Assembly (NCBI GenBank): GCA_040877865.1
Contig: JBBDND010000126.1
Coordinates: forward strand, 1 to 25,871
Reading direction: 5' to 3'
Length of the DNA: 25,871 nt
Source of the DNA: Bacteriovoracaceae bacterium
GTDB lineage: Bacteria > Bdellovibrionota > Bacteriovoracia > Bacteriovoracales > Bacteriovoracaceae
The notes beneath the pieces are model-generated. The model was given only the letters and a program-made list of their open reading frames with translations, had not been told where the DNA came from and made no database searches. Below are positions 14,504 to 24,066 of the stretch, piece by piece. Numbering within the stretch: the stretch's first letter is position 1; each line of letters begins with the position of its first letter. A program made the position numbers and the translations under genes.

Positions 14504-15619
14504 CTACTTTTTTTCAATTCCCAGCATCTTGGCCATCTCTTCCGGGTTATTTGAATAAGACATGGCGGCCTCAGAGTCAATAAGTCCTTTGTCCAACGCC
14601 CGCTTGATGCTTTGATTCATAGTGACCATATGGCTTTTTTCCTGATTGATCTGCATCTGAGAATAAACCTGATGCAGTTTATCCTCTCTGACCAAGTTTC
14701 TGATGGCGGGAGTCATTCTTAAAATTTCTTGAGTCAAAACCCTGCCGCCACCTTTTTTGGGAAGCAGCTGCTGCGCCACCACTCCTTGCAAGACAAAAGA
14801 CAAAAGCGTTCTAATTTGTTCCTGACGATCCGCCGGAAAAACATTGATTACTCTTGAGATGGTTTGAATGGTGGAGTTGGTGTGAAGCGTTCCAAAAACC
14901 AAGTGTCCCGTTTCGGCGATTTCCAAAGCCGCTTCGATCGTTTCCATGTCTCTCAGCTCCCCCACTAGCACGATGTCGGGGTCTTGGCGCAAAAGACTTT
15001 TTAGCCCGTTTTTAAACTTTAAGGTGTCCACCCCAATCTCTCTTTGATTCACAATGCTGGATTTATGAGAGTGAACAAATTCAATGGGATCTTCCAGTGT
15101 TATAATATGCCCCGGCTCATTGGTGTTTAGCCGATCGATGATGGACGCCAAGGTGGTTGATTTGCCCGATCCAGTGGGTCCGGTGACCAAAATAAGGCCG
15201 TTGGAGACGTCTGTCATATCGAGCAAAACTTTGGGCAAACCCAATGATTCGAAATCCGGCACTTGCGTGGGAATTTGCCTAAACACGGCCGCGACTCCGC
15301 CTTTTGCATAAAAACAATTGGCCCTAAATCTGGCCAGGCCTTTGACGCCAAAAGAAAAATCAAGCTCCAAGTTTTTCTCAAGCTCCGAGCGCTGAGCTTC
15401 GGTCAATATTTGATACACCAATCTTTTTGTGTCGTCGGAAGTGAGCGGCCCGGTTTTCACTCTGACGATGTCGCCGGATATGCGCATGCCCGGGGAAGTT
15501 CCCACCGTTATATGCAAGTCTGAAGCGCCGTTGTCCACCATGACCTTAAAGAGTTGCTGTATTTGCAGATTTTGAGCTCCACCGGCCGCTTGTGTTTTAG
15601 TTCTTGTAGCATCACTCAT
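14504..15619 (-). CDS. pilT: Pilus retraction ATPase PilT
   Basis: ASDLHI, Walker A GPTGSGKST, EDPIE, LRQDPDIVLVGE, GTLHT and the AIRNLVRE motif. Confidence 0.97.
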   Translation of the reverse strand: MSDATRTKTQAAGGAQNLQIQQLFKVMVDNGASDLHITVGTSPGMRISGDIVRVKTGPLTSDDTKRLVYQILTEAQRSELEKNLELDFSFGVKGLARFRANCFYAKGGVAAVFRQIPTQVPDFESLGLPKVLLDMTDVSNGLILVTGPTGSGKSTTLASIIDRLNTNEPGHIITLEDPIEFVHSHKSSIVNQREIGVDTLKFKNGLKSLLRQDPDIVLVGELRDMETIEAALEIAETGHLVFGTLHTNSTIQTISRVINVFPADRQEQIRTLLSFVLQGVVAQQLLPKKGGGRVLTQEILRMTPAIRNLVREDKLHQVYSQMQINQEKSHMVTMNQSIKRALDKGLIDSEAAMSYSNNPEEMAKMLGIEKK

Positions 15620-15643
15620 TTTTTTACTCCTTAAATTAACTTC

Positions 15644-17314
15644 CTACAAATTGTCGGCGGCTGAATTGGACAAAGCCTCTTCCAAAGTGGTCAAACCTTG
15701 GGCGACTTTGGTCAGCGCCGACATTCTTAAAGTTTTCATGCCTTCTTTAATGGCGGTGGCTTTTATATCGTCGGAAGAGGCGTTTTTTAAAACCAACTCC
15801 CTTAACCTGGGACTCATCTCCAACACTTCATAAATGGCGAGTCTTCCTCTATACCCCGTGTTATTGCACGCTTCGCAGCCCTTGCCGTGATAGACCTTTA
15901 TTTTTTCCGCCGAAGCCGGCGCAAAACCGCACGCCACCAGCTCGGCCTTTGAAACATTGTGAATTTGCCTGCAGTTAATGCAAATTTTTCTGCACAGCCT
16001 TTGGGCCACCACCACATTCAAGGCCGCGACCACTAAAAATGGCTCAATGCCCATGTTTAACAATCTAGTGACTGTGGAGGGCGCGTCGTTGGTGTGCAAA
16101 GTGGACAAGACCATGTGCCCGGTCAAAGCCGCTTCCACCGCGATCTCTCCCACTTCAAAATCTCTGATCTCCCCAACCATTATAATATCCGGGTCTTGTC
16201 TCAGAAAAGCTTTGAGCACCGAGGCGAATGTCAGTCCCACGTCTTTTTTCACATTGACCTGGTTAATGCCTTCCAAGTTAAATTCGCAAGGATCCTCGGC
16301 AGTGGAGATATTGGTGTTTTCTTTATTCAACTCAGCCATGGCGGAGTAGAGCGTGGTGGTCTTCCCCGATCCAGTCGGGCCGGTGACCAAAACCATGCCG
16401 TAAGGGTTGTAAATTCCCCTTTGAAAAACATCAATTTGTTTTTGTTCAAACCCAAGCTTGGTCATGTCTAGCTGCAAATTTGATTGATCCAAAAGCCGCA
16501 ACACCACTTTTTCCCCAAAAAGGGTGGGCAAAGACGACACTCGGTAATCGATGGGTTTGCCGCCAATGGACAACTTTATCCTGCCGTCCTGGGGCTTTCG
16601 TTTTTCAGAGATGTCAAGCGAGGCCATAATTTTCAAACGGGAAATAATGGGCAACATCATGGATTTGGGAGGCCTGCCGACTTCCACCAAGGAACCGTCA
16701 AGACGAAATCTTACTCTAAAAATTTTTTCATACGGCTCGACATGTATGTCCGAGACCCCTTTAATAAAAGCGTCCGCCAAAATTCTGTTAACGTAGGTCA
16801 CGGTGTCTTGTCCGATATCTTCGGCTTTGACCTCTTGCTCGTTCTCGCTGTTGGACTTTATTTCGGTGACAGTGTGGATTAAGTCCTCAACGGAGTCTTC
16901 AACGCTGGCGTACAATTTTCTCCAGGAAGAAAGATTGGTTAAAATAAACTCTGTCGGCTTTTTTAATTCTTGTCCAAGTTTGGCCTTTGCCGCGACAACA
17001 GTGGGATCAAAAGTCGCCACTGTAACCTTGGCGCTGGTGACTTGGATGGGTATGGCCCGGTAGCTAATAACAAATTTTTTCTTTAAAGACTTAATCGTCT
17101 CTTTTGCCACCTTGGCGTTTTTTAAATCAATAAAAGTCAGGCCGTATTTTTCAGAGATAATTTTAGCGAATTTATTTTCGTCAAAGGAAGGCAAGCTCAA
17201 AAGCTCCAGCTCAGTCACCTCATCCTCGTCTTTGTTCATCATAAGCCGGCGCAACTCTTTCAGAGTCGCCATGCCAGTATTAGTTATGACATCAATAAAT
17301 TCCTTGCGGACCAT
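15644..17314 (-). CDS. pilB: Pilus extension ATPase PilB
   Basis: SDIHVEP, PQDGRI, Walker A GPTGSGKTTT, LRQDPDIIMVGE, tetracysteine Zn site (CINC...CEAC), GYRGR. Confidence 0.97.
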   Translation of the reverse strand: MVRKEFIDVITNTGMATLKELRRLMMNKDEDEVTELELLSLPSFDENKFAKIISEKYGLTFIDLKNAKVAKETIKSLKKKFVISYRAIPIQVTSAKVTVATFDPTVVAAKAKLGQELKKPTEFILTNLSSWRKLYASVEDSVEDLIHTVTEIKSNSENEQEVKAEDIGQDTVTYVNRILADAFIKGVSDIHVEPYEKIFRVRFRLDGSLVEVGRPPKSMMLPIISRLKIMASLDISEKRKPQDGRIKLSIGGKPIDYRVSSLPTLFGEKVVLRLLDQSNLQLDMTKLGFEQKQIDVFQRGIYNPYGMVLVTGPTGSGKTTTLYSAMAELNKENTNISTAEDPCEFNLEGINQVNVKKDVGLTFASVLKAFLRQDPDIIMVGEIRDFEVGEIAVEAALTGHMVLSTLHTNDAPSTVTRLLNMGIEPFLVVAALNVVVAQRLCRKICINCRQIHNVSKAELVACGFAPASAEKIKVYHGKGCEACNNTGYRGRLAIYEVLEMSPRLRELVLKNASSDDIKATAIKEGMKTLRMSALTKVAQGLTTLEEALSNSAADNL

Positions 17315-17372
17315 TAACTTTTCCTTGTGTTGTCTAAATGATCGGAATTTGGAGAATTTAATTTAAAGAAAT

Positions 17373-18053
17373 TTAAAGATTCCAAAACCTTAACGCATAC
17401 CGCGCTTGTCGGAATAAGAGCTCTTTGCCATCGAAATAATGGTGGTTGTGGGCATGACAAAAACTTGAGTGTTTAGGGAGATCATAATTAAAGTCCCATA
17501 TTTTTAGCTGTTTACTTGAAGCAAAGTCCAATGTGAATTCTCTGGAACAAGCGTTAATAATTAAGGGAGCCTTTTTTGCTTGGTTTAAATATCCTTCCAA
17601 GTTTTGTAAATTGCCGAGCTTTCTGCTCAATACTTTGTGGTCAATTTCTTCCGTTTCCAAGAAAGTTTTTGCCACTTTTGACATGGCTCCGTCACCCAAA
17701 ATGAGAACAGTCATGTTCTTTTCAAAAAATTTTTCCTTAAAAATTTCGTTAAAAGCTTTGGCGTCCGTGTTCGCGCCCCAAATGAATCCGTTTTCCAGCT
17801 TAACGGCGTTAACCGCTTGCAGCCGAGAAGCCGCTTCTTCGGAACGATCAACTTTTTTAAAAACAAATTTTTTATAGGGGGCGGTGACGCTAACCCCGTC
17901 AAAAGGCCCAAGCAACTCCTTGAGGGGAGGAATGTCCGCGAAATGCTCATAGTCCAACAACGTGTAATCCACCTTGTCACCGAGCAGTTCGGCATAAATT
18001 GAAGGAGACAAAGAGTGCTGAATATTTTCTCCAATCAAAGCAAGCTTTTTAAT
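17373..18053 (-). CDS. aroE: Shikimate dehydrogenase
   Basis: IGENIQHSLSP, SVTAPYK, AVN, NTD, ILGDGAM, DFNY. The start is placed at ATT 18053 because of the SD and the intact first beta strand; the track start is TTG 18038. Confidence 0.85.
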   Translation of the reverse strand: MKKLALIGENIQHSLSPSIYAELLGDKVDYTLLDYEHFADIPPLKELLGPFDGVSVTAPYKKFVFKKVDRSEEAASRLQAVNAVKLENGFIWGANTDAKAFNEIFKEKFFEKNMTVLILGDGAMSKVAKTFLETEEIDHKVLSRKLGNLQNLEGYLNQAKKAPLIINACSREFTLDFASSKQLKIWDFNYDLPKHSSFCHAHNHHYFDGKELLFRQARYALRFWNL

Positions 18054-18972
18054 TTAGCCGCTCCTTTATTTTTAACACGTCGCTGGCAATTTGAGCTTTC
18101 AATTGCTCTAACGATTCAAATTTTTTTTCATCTCTGATAAAGCTCTCAAAAAAAATCTCAACATCTTTTCCATAGGCCTTTTCATTAAAATCAAAAAGAT
18201 GCGCCTCAAGTTTTATCCCGCCGGATTGGTCAGTGGAAGGATTCTTGCCCACATTCATGGCGCCTTGGAACGATTTTCCATCCAAAAGACAAGAGATAGC
18301 GTAAACTCCTTCGCCGGGAATTAGGGCGGGATAGTCCAAATCCAAGTTTAGCGTGGGAAAACCAAGCTCCCTTCCCAATTTTTTGCCATGAACCACATTA
18401 GCCAGCAAACTATATCTTCTCCCCAGCAGTCTATTGGCTTTTTCAATTGAGCCTTCCAGCAACGCGTTTCTTATGAGAGACGAAGAGACCACTTCTCCGT
18501 CCAGCTTGAAGGCCTGGATTTTTTTAAATTCAACATCCCGCTTTTGCCGGGCAAGAACGGCGGCCGGGTCTTCTTTGTCGCGGCCGAAGGTAAAATCGTG
18601 TCCGGCCCAAAGCATTTTCAGGCCTTGGCGCGCAAACAGCCATTCTTTGGCAAAGTCCTCGCCGGTAAGCTTTCTGATATTTTCATCAAAAGCGACTTCA
18701 ACCAGGTTCTCAAGTCCAAGACCTTGTATTATTTTGAGTTTGCGCTCATAACGAGTTAAAAGATGGTTTTTTTGGGGATTAAAATACAATTCGGGATGCG
18801 GCCTAAAAGTAAAAACCGCCGGAACGAGGTCCTTTGCGGCGCACCTCTGCTTAAAACGAGTCAAAAGCTGTTGATGGCCTAAGTGAACTCCGTCAAAGTT
18901 TCCAATGGTCACCCCGGTCTCGCGGTTTTTGCAAAAATTTTTCCATTCCTCTAAAGAGCTAATTCTGTTCAT
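18049..18972 (-). CDS. ribF: Bifunctional riboflavin kinase / FAD synthetase
   Basis: TIGNFDGVHLGHQ, SSSLIR, LGRRY, GRELGFPTLN, EAHLFDF, IRDEKKF. Confidence 0.97.
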   Translation of the reverse strand: MNRISSLEEWKNFCKNRETGVTIGNFDGVHLGHQQLLTRFKQRCAAKDLVPAVFTFRPHPELYFNPQKNHLLTRYERKLKIIQGLGLENLVEVAFDENIRKLTGEDFAKEWLFARQGLKMLWAGHDFTFGRDKEDPAAVLARQKRDVEFKKIQAFKLDGEVVSSSLIRNALLEGSIEKANRLLGRRYSLLANVVHGKKLGRELGFPTLNLDLDYPALIPGEGVYAISCLLDGKSFQGAMNVGKNPSTDQSGGIKLEAHLFDFNEKAYGKDVEIFFESFIRDEKKFESLEQLKAQIASDVLKIKERLN

Positions 18973-20620
18973 TGCGCTTTAAAACGGCCGCGAATTCTTT
19001 TAAGCGTTTTCTGGGCACACGATATTTTTTTTGGGAACCGCTTTTGCGGTACTGAGCCTCGCACTTGTCTATCAAGTCATACAGATATTTCTTGGTTGAT
19101 GTAGACAACTCGGTTTTGGATATGATGTCTTTCATGTCAGCGCCTTCTCCAAAATGAGAAACTAAATTATGCAATCTTGAGTAATTTATGCCATTTTTAT
19201 TGATTTGTGAAATCAGATCGGGCCGCTCTTTGGCAAAGGTAAAAAGCCTGTCCCTAAAGGCGAACGCAAGGTACAAAAAGACGAATACTCCCAAAGCCGC
19301 CGTTATATAACTGGCGTTGTAAATATAGGTGTTTGCCGCGCGGTAAATGGGCTCGAAGAGCTTCTTTTGCTCAAATGACGGACTCGCGGGAGCCGCCGGG
19401 GTTTGTTCGGTTTTAAGGGGCTCGTCGACTGAAGCGTTTTTGGAGGAGCCTCCTTGTCCGGCGATGATAATTTTACCAATTGACAAGTATTCGGTTTTAA
19501 ATTGAAGCGCGTCTGGATCAAAATAAGAAAACGGAATTTTTTTATCTTCCAGCTCCATTCCGTCCCTTCCCAAATAGGTGTATAAAAACGTTTTCGTGGC
19601 GCTAAAGTCTTCTCTCACCTCCAGGTCGGCGTTGCTTTCAAACTCCTCAATATCGGGTTCGTCAAACAATTTGGGCGCGTCGTAAAGCTCTAAAGCTCCA
19701 GGCCCCTTTACCACCAATTTTAACTCTATGGGCTCGTTGACCACAAACTTGTTTTTATTGAGCTCAAGTTTAAAGTCATGCTTTCCCACCAGGCCGGTAA
19801 AGCTTGGCGGAACTCCTTGAGCGGGAAGAGCCTTCACTTTGATTTGAATTGGCCCGCTAGAAACGGTCATTTTTCTTGCTTGTCCCGAACGGGAGCCAAA
19901 ACCGAAGGTGTTAAACGGATTGGAGCCTCTATTTGAATACTGAACTCCCAAGGTTATGGGGTCGATTCTATACTCTCCCGCCTCTGTTGGAAAAAGTTGA
20001 GCGGTGTAAATCACTCTTCGAGTATAAATCTCTCCATTCATCTGAACCCGCTCGGCGCTCATTTTTTCTTGATGATAACGTTTAAGGAATTTGTTCAGTT
20101 TGGGAAACTTTTTGATGTCGGTGCTGGTAACCGGAACTTTGTTATAAAGATAATACCTGGCGAGTATGGACTCCCCGACAAAAACCTCCTCCTTATCCAC
20201 ATGCGCCCGCACCATGATGTTTCTGGCTTCTCTCGGAACCCTTAGAATGCCAATCCTTAAAGTTTCATGAGTTAATTTCTTTCCGTTTAATTCCACATTT
20301 ATGTTTCTTAAAAACGCGCTGCCGGGCCTAGTGGCGACCATTTCATAAACGACAGTCAAACTTCTTTCCGTGGCAAGCCTGCCGTTTATATAAGTGGTTC
20401 GCGTTCTGATGCCGGTTTCGTTTTTGGAAACAACGTCCAATCCAAGCGGATCAAAATGAATAATGGGGTCGGTGCCTTCGTCGGTTGTAATTTCGAAAAG
20501 AACCCTAAAATTTTCATTCACCAAAGGCTCTTTTGGCCGCACTTCAACCCGCACCGAGTCGGCGAAAAGAGACACGCTCCAAAAAGTAAATAAAAGCAAA
20601 AGCGTTTTCATTTTTACCAA
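18959..20620 (-). CDS. batD: BatD-like protein (signal peptide, Ig-like repeats, TM)
   Basis: Signal peptide, VFVGESI...YYLY, LFPTEAGEY.IDP, VPPSFTGLVG, IPFSYFDP, C-terminal TM; last gene of the MoxR-VWA block. Confidence 0.8.
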   Translation of the reverse strand: MVKMKTLLLLFTFWSVSLFADSVRVEVRPKEPLVNENFRVLFEITTDEGTDPIIHFDPLGLDVVSKNETGIRTRTTYINGRLATERSLTVVYEMVATRPGSAFLRNINVELNGKKLTHETLRIGILRVPREARNIMVRAHVDKEEVFVGESILARYYLYNKVPVTSTDIKKFPKLNKFLKRYHQEKMSAERVQMNGEIYTRRVIYTAQLFPTEAGEYRIDPITLGVQYSNRGSNPFNTFGFGSRSGQARKMTVSSGPIQIKVKALPAQGVPPSFTGLVGKHDFKLELNKNKFVVNEPIELKLVVKGPGALELYDAPKLFDEPDIEEFESNADLEVREDFSATKTFLYTYLGRDGMELEDKKIPFSYFDPDALQFKTEYLSIGKIIIAGQGGSSKNASVDEPLKTEQTPAAPASPSFEQKKLFEPIYRAANTYIYNASYITAALGVFVFLYLAFAFRDRLFTFAKERPDLISQINKNGINYSRLHNLVSHFGEGADMKDIISKTELSTSTKKYLYDLIDKCEAQYRKSGSQKKYRVPRKRLKEFAAVLKRNEQN

Positions 20621-22383
20621 TCCTTCTTTTCTCTTGTTTTTCTCTCAACCGTGTCAGCGTCAATCACTTTTTTCTGGAGTTGATTGTCGTCGGACAACAG
20701 CTGTTTTAAAATTGAAGGCATTTTTTCTTTGTCAATATCACCGCCTTCAGAATCCCCTTGCCGCTCTTTGTTTTGGTCTTCTTTGTCGCCTTCCTTCCCG
20801 TCTTTGTTTTTTTGTTCCTCGTCTCCTTCCTTTCCGTCTTGAGACTCGGATTGATCGCCGCCTTTGTCTTTTTGATCAGAATTGCCCTTGGAGCCGCCTT
20901 GTTGCTCCTTGCCCTCCTTGCCGCTGTCGTCTTTCTCGCCCTTTTCATTTTGTTTCTTTTTTTGTTGGCTAGCTTGGACTTGAATCGCCTTTAACATGTT
21001 AAGTTTTGTTTTTGCCGCCAATTCGTTGTTTATTTCTCCGGGGTTTTCTTTTAAATAATCCAAGAGCTTTGAATAAGTGTTCATGCCTTGTTGTATCTCG
21101 TTGGCCTTAAACTGGGCCGCTCCCAAATTGAAATGCTCGTGCTTGTTCTCTTGCGTCACCTTCTCCGGCAAAATCTCTTGAAACAAGCTTTTAGCGTCGG
21201 CGGCAAAGCCCTGTTTAAGCAACTCGGTGGCAAGCTTAAGTTTGCCGGCTTCTCCCAATTTGTTTTGCGCAAATCTCTTTTCAAGTCGCAGTATCTCTTC
21301 CGTCTTTTCAGGCTCCTCTTTCGGATTCATTTCCGGATTCGCTTGCAGGCCCCTTTGAGCCGCCGCGTTTGGCAAATAAAAGCCGGACATTGAGGTAGCA
21401 ATCAGCAAGGTTAAAGCGAATGTTCTAAAATTTTTAAACAAAAACGCCAAAATCAAGGCCAAAACGCCGGGAACCAACAAGTAATTGGCCAAAACAGGCC
21501 GAATTCGAAAATCATCCTTGGAGGCTTTTGTCTTCAAGGCCCTGTTAAAAAAATCCAGGATTTCTTCGGTGGGAAGAGAATAAGAGCTCGCCACCCAGTA
21601 TTTAAAATGCTCAACTTCTTTTCCCATGGCCTTTAAAAACTTTTCGTCCATCTTCGAGATCACCGTTTCGCCCTGATACTTTTTATTTCCTTGGAAAACG
21701 CCTCTAGAATTGCGCATGGGAACAGGAGCCCCCTTTGCCGTTCCCACCCCGACCACGGCGATGGAGACGCCTTCTGGAGCGCCAAGTTCAATCCCGCCGT
21801 CGGTTTCCTCGGCGTCGGTCAAAACCAAAATATTTCCAAAAGGCCGGTTTTCGCTATTGATAAAATATTGGATGGATTCTTGAATCGCCATGCTCAAAGC
21901 GGTCCCCCCCCTTTCCAAGTCCAGATTTTCCAAGGTGTTTAAGCGAGCCTCAATCAAATCGATGTCTTTTGTGAAAGGAACGATTCGCTTTTGCCCGTCG
22001 GAAAAAACCACAACGGAAATTTGATGGCCGACGGCCTTTTTTATAAAATGCTTGGCGAGCAACACCGCCTTTTGGAAGCGATTGGGGCGCACGTCTTCGG
22101 CTAACATGCTTGCGGAGGCGTCAATCAAAAGCACCGTTTTTTGATCGATTGTCTTGCCGGTGACGCGGGTTTCGGGACCGCGAAGATCAAGCAGCGCCAA
22201 GAGCAACAGCGCAAAGCCCGCAAAATAAAAGCCTCGGGAAATTTGTTGAAATCCGCTAGGTCGGTAAAACCAATGGTCTTTGATCCATTTAAAGTATTTG
22301 CTCTCAACCCTGATAGTCAAAATCCAAAACAAAGCCAGGCCGGCCAAAAGGAAGACAAAGTATTCTAAATGAAGGAAACTCAC
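20614..22383 (-). CDS. batB: VWA + TPR protein, BatB-BatC fusion
   Basis: MIDAS DASASM, GGT, LTDAE; then TM, TPR-like helices (HFNLGAAQFK), a low-complexity linker and terminal KKDW. The start is placed at GTG 22383 (AAGGAGG SD, GTGA overlap with batA); the track start is 22446. Confidence 0.8.
   Translation of the reverse strand: MSFLHLEYFVFLLAGLALFWILTIRVESKYFKWIKDHWFYRPSGFQQISRGFYFAGFALLLLALLDLRGPETRVTGKTIDQKTVLLIDASASMLAEDVRPNRFQKAVLLAKHFIKKAVGHQISVVVFSDGQKRIVPFTKDIDLIEARLNTLENLDLERGGTALSMAIQESIQYFINSENRPFGNILVLTDAEETDGGIELGAPEGVSIAVVGVGTAKGAPVPMRNSRGVFQGNKKYQGETVISKMDEKFLKAMGKEVEHFKYWVASSYSLPTEEILDFFNRALKTKASKDDFRIRPVLANYLLVPGVLALILAFLFKNFRTFALTLLIATSMSGFYLPNAAAQRGLQANPEMNPKEEPEKTEEILRLEKRFAQNKLGEAGKLKLATELLKQGFAADAKSLFQEILPEKVTQENKHEHFNLGAAQFKANEIQQGMNTYSKLLDYLKENPGEINNELAAKTKLNMLKAIQVQASQQKKKQNEKGEKDDSGKEGKEQQGGSKGNSDQKDKGGDQSESQDGKEGDEEQKNKDGKEGDKEDQNKERQGDSEGGDIDKEKMPSILKQLLSDDNQLQKKVIDADTVERKTREKKDW
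20720..20960 (-). repeat. Low-complexity Q/K/E/D/G-rich coding tract including a duplicated DGKEGD
   Basis: QQKKKQNEKGEKDDSGKEGKEQQGGSKGNSDQKDKGGDQSESQDGKEGDEEQKNKDGKEGDKEDQNKERQGD; boundaries approximate. Confidence 0.7.
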
Positions 22384-23351
22384 CCGACCTCCTTTAAAAA
22401 ATTCTTCCTGGACAGTTCGCATCCAATTAACAACAAAGCTCCCCATAGCAGAAAGCTGAAGTATTTTTCGTCATAGACCACTTGGTTTTGGCTTTTAATT
22501 TCGGTTTTTTCCAACTTTTGAATGTCGTCTAAAATTTCTTGCAAACTTTCTTTGCTTTCCGCCATGTAGCTTTTGCCGTTGGTCATGTCGGAAATTTCCT
22601 TCATGGTTTTCAAATCGAAGGATCCGCCGGGGATGGTTTGATATTGGGTGCCAAAAAGCCCTTTGCCTATAGGGATCTTGGCGTCTGACCTGGTGCCAAG
22701 AGTGATCGTGTAAACTTTGATATTGTTTTCTTCTGCAAGTTTCGCCGCTTGAATAGGCGTGACATTGCCCACGTTGTTAACGCCGTCGGTCAAAAGCACC
22801 ACCACCTTGTTTTTGGTTTTGCTGGCTTTTGCCCGCGCCACCGCCAAGGCAAGCCCGTCTCCAATATTGGTGCCGCTGCCTAAAAAACCTATTCTGATAT
22901 CGGAAAGAATCTGATCAACCAACGCGGGGTCGGTGGTCAAAGGCAGCATGGTAAAAACTTTTTCTGAAAATATGATGACACCCACTCGATCAGTGGGCCT
23001 TAGACTTGCAAACTCTCTTAGCTTTTCCTTGGCGACCTCCAGCCTGTTCGGTTTAATGTCGTCCGCCAGCATTGAGCGGGACACATCCACCACAAAGAAA
23101 ATATCGTTAACTTCAATGTTTGAAGGAACAAATTTTATAGGTTTTCGCGGGCCGGTCATGGCATATGAGACAAGAATCCAACCGGTGGCTCCAACCAAGA
23201 ACAACGCGAGTCTCAAAGGGAAAATCCCTCTTGTTTTAACCCGAGCGGGAGCTATTAATTGGGGCTTTTTAAAAACTTTCCAAAACTCCAAGGCCCAAAA
23301 CAACAGGCCGACCGCTCCAAGAATGGCAAATTCAGCTGATTTATATTCCAC
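22380..23351 (-). CDS. batA: VWA domain membrane protein BatA
   Basis: Two N-terminal TMs, MIDAS DVSRSM, GSGTNIGDGL, LLTDG, NIKVYTI, C-terminal TM. Confidence 0.88.
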   Translation of the reverse strand: MEYKSAEFAILGAVGLLFWALEFWKVFKKPQLIAPARVKTRGIFPLRLALFLVGATGWILVSYAMTGPRKPIKFVPSNIEVNDIFFVVDVSRSMLADDIKPNRLEVAKEKLREFASLRPTDRVGVIIFSEKVFTMLPLTTDPALVDQILSDIRIGFLGSGTNIGDGLALAVARAKASKTKNKVVVLLTDGVNNVGNVTPIQAAKLAEENNIKVYTITLGTRSDAKIPIGKGLFGTQYQTIPGGSFDLKTMKEISDMTNGKSYMAESKESLQEILDDIQKLEKTEIKSQNQVVYDEKYFSFLLWGALLLIGCELSRKNFLKEVG

Positions 23352-24066
23352 GTTTTAAACTCAAGTCCTTTTTAAAAGCCGCAAGAGAGCGCTTTATTTC
23401 AACTTCTTCTTCGGCCGTCCATTCAGGTTTATATTGAATCTCGTTAAGCAACCTAAAAAAGTTGTTCCTGGCCTTTTCATGGCAAGAAAAGTTCTCGGCA
23501 AGGTCGCTTCTCCAAGAGTAGATTTTTTCAACTTCCTCTCTGGTTTTAGCCTCGCTAACGCCCTTCAATATCTCTTCCATTTTCTTTTTCTTTTTCTCTT
23601 TCAGCGCCTTTAGGCGTTTTCTCTTTTTGTATTTTTTGTAAAGAAATGGAGCCGCTCCGGCAAAAACGAGAGCCGCCAGCCAAAGAAGCCATCCGCTCGC
23701 TTTTGAGAGAGCGTATTGGACGTCTTCAATCAAAAACTCTTTTAAATTGGGAGTTTTTTTATAGGTTATGTCGAATCCCTTTAAGAGGAATTTGTTCTCG
23801 CCAGATGGATTGGCCTCTTCCACGCTTTGCGGGTTTGCAACCATGACGCTCAATTTGTCTCCTTCCTGTTCTATCACATAAAAGACCCCGCCTATTCTTT
23901 TCCCTTGAAGCTTGGGAATTTTATTCTCGCCGTTTTCCGGCTTGATTGTGACTTCAAGCACGTCCCCAGTGGCGGCTTTCCCTTCGCCAAAAGGCTCCAA
24001 CGTGAACACCCCTCCAAAACAATTCATGGAATACAAGGCAATAAAAAGAACTCTACAACATCTCAT
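23341..24066 (-). CDS. Hypothetical membrane protein of the MoxR-VWA operon
   Basis: Signal-like N-terminus from ATG 24066, one TM followed by a Lys-rich stretch; occupies the usual slot between DUF58 and batA. The track start at 24174 overlaps DUF58 heavily. Confidence 0.7.
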   Translation of the reverse strand: MRCCRVLFIALYSMNCFGGVFTLEPFGEGKAATGDVLEVTIKPENGENKIPKLQGKRIGGVFYVIEQEGDKLSVMVANPQSVEEANPSGENKFLLKGFDITYKKTPNLKEFLIEDVQYALSKASGWLLWLAALVFAGAAPFLYKKYKKRKRLKALKEKKKKKMEEILKGVSEAKTREEVEKIYSWRSDLAENFSCHEKARNNFFRLLNEIQYKPEWTAEEEVEIKRSLAAFKKDLSLKRGI

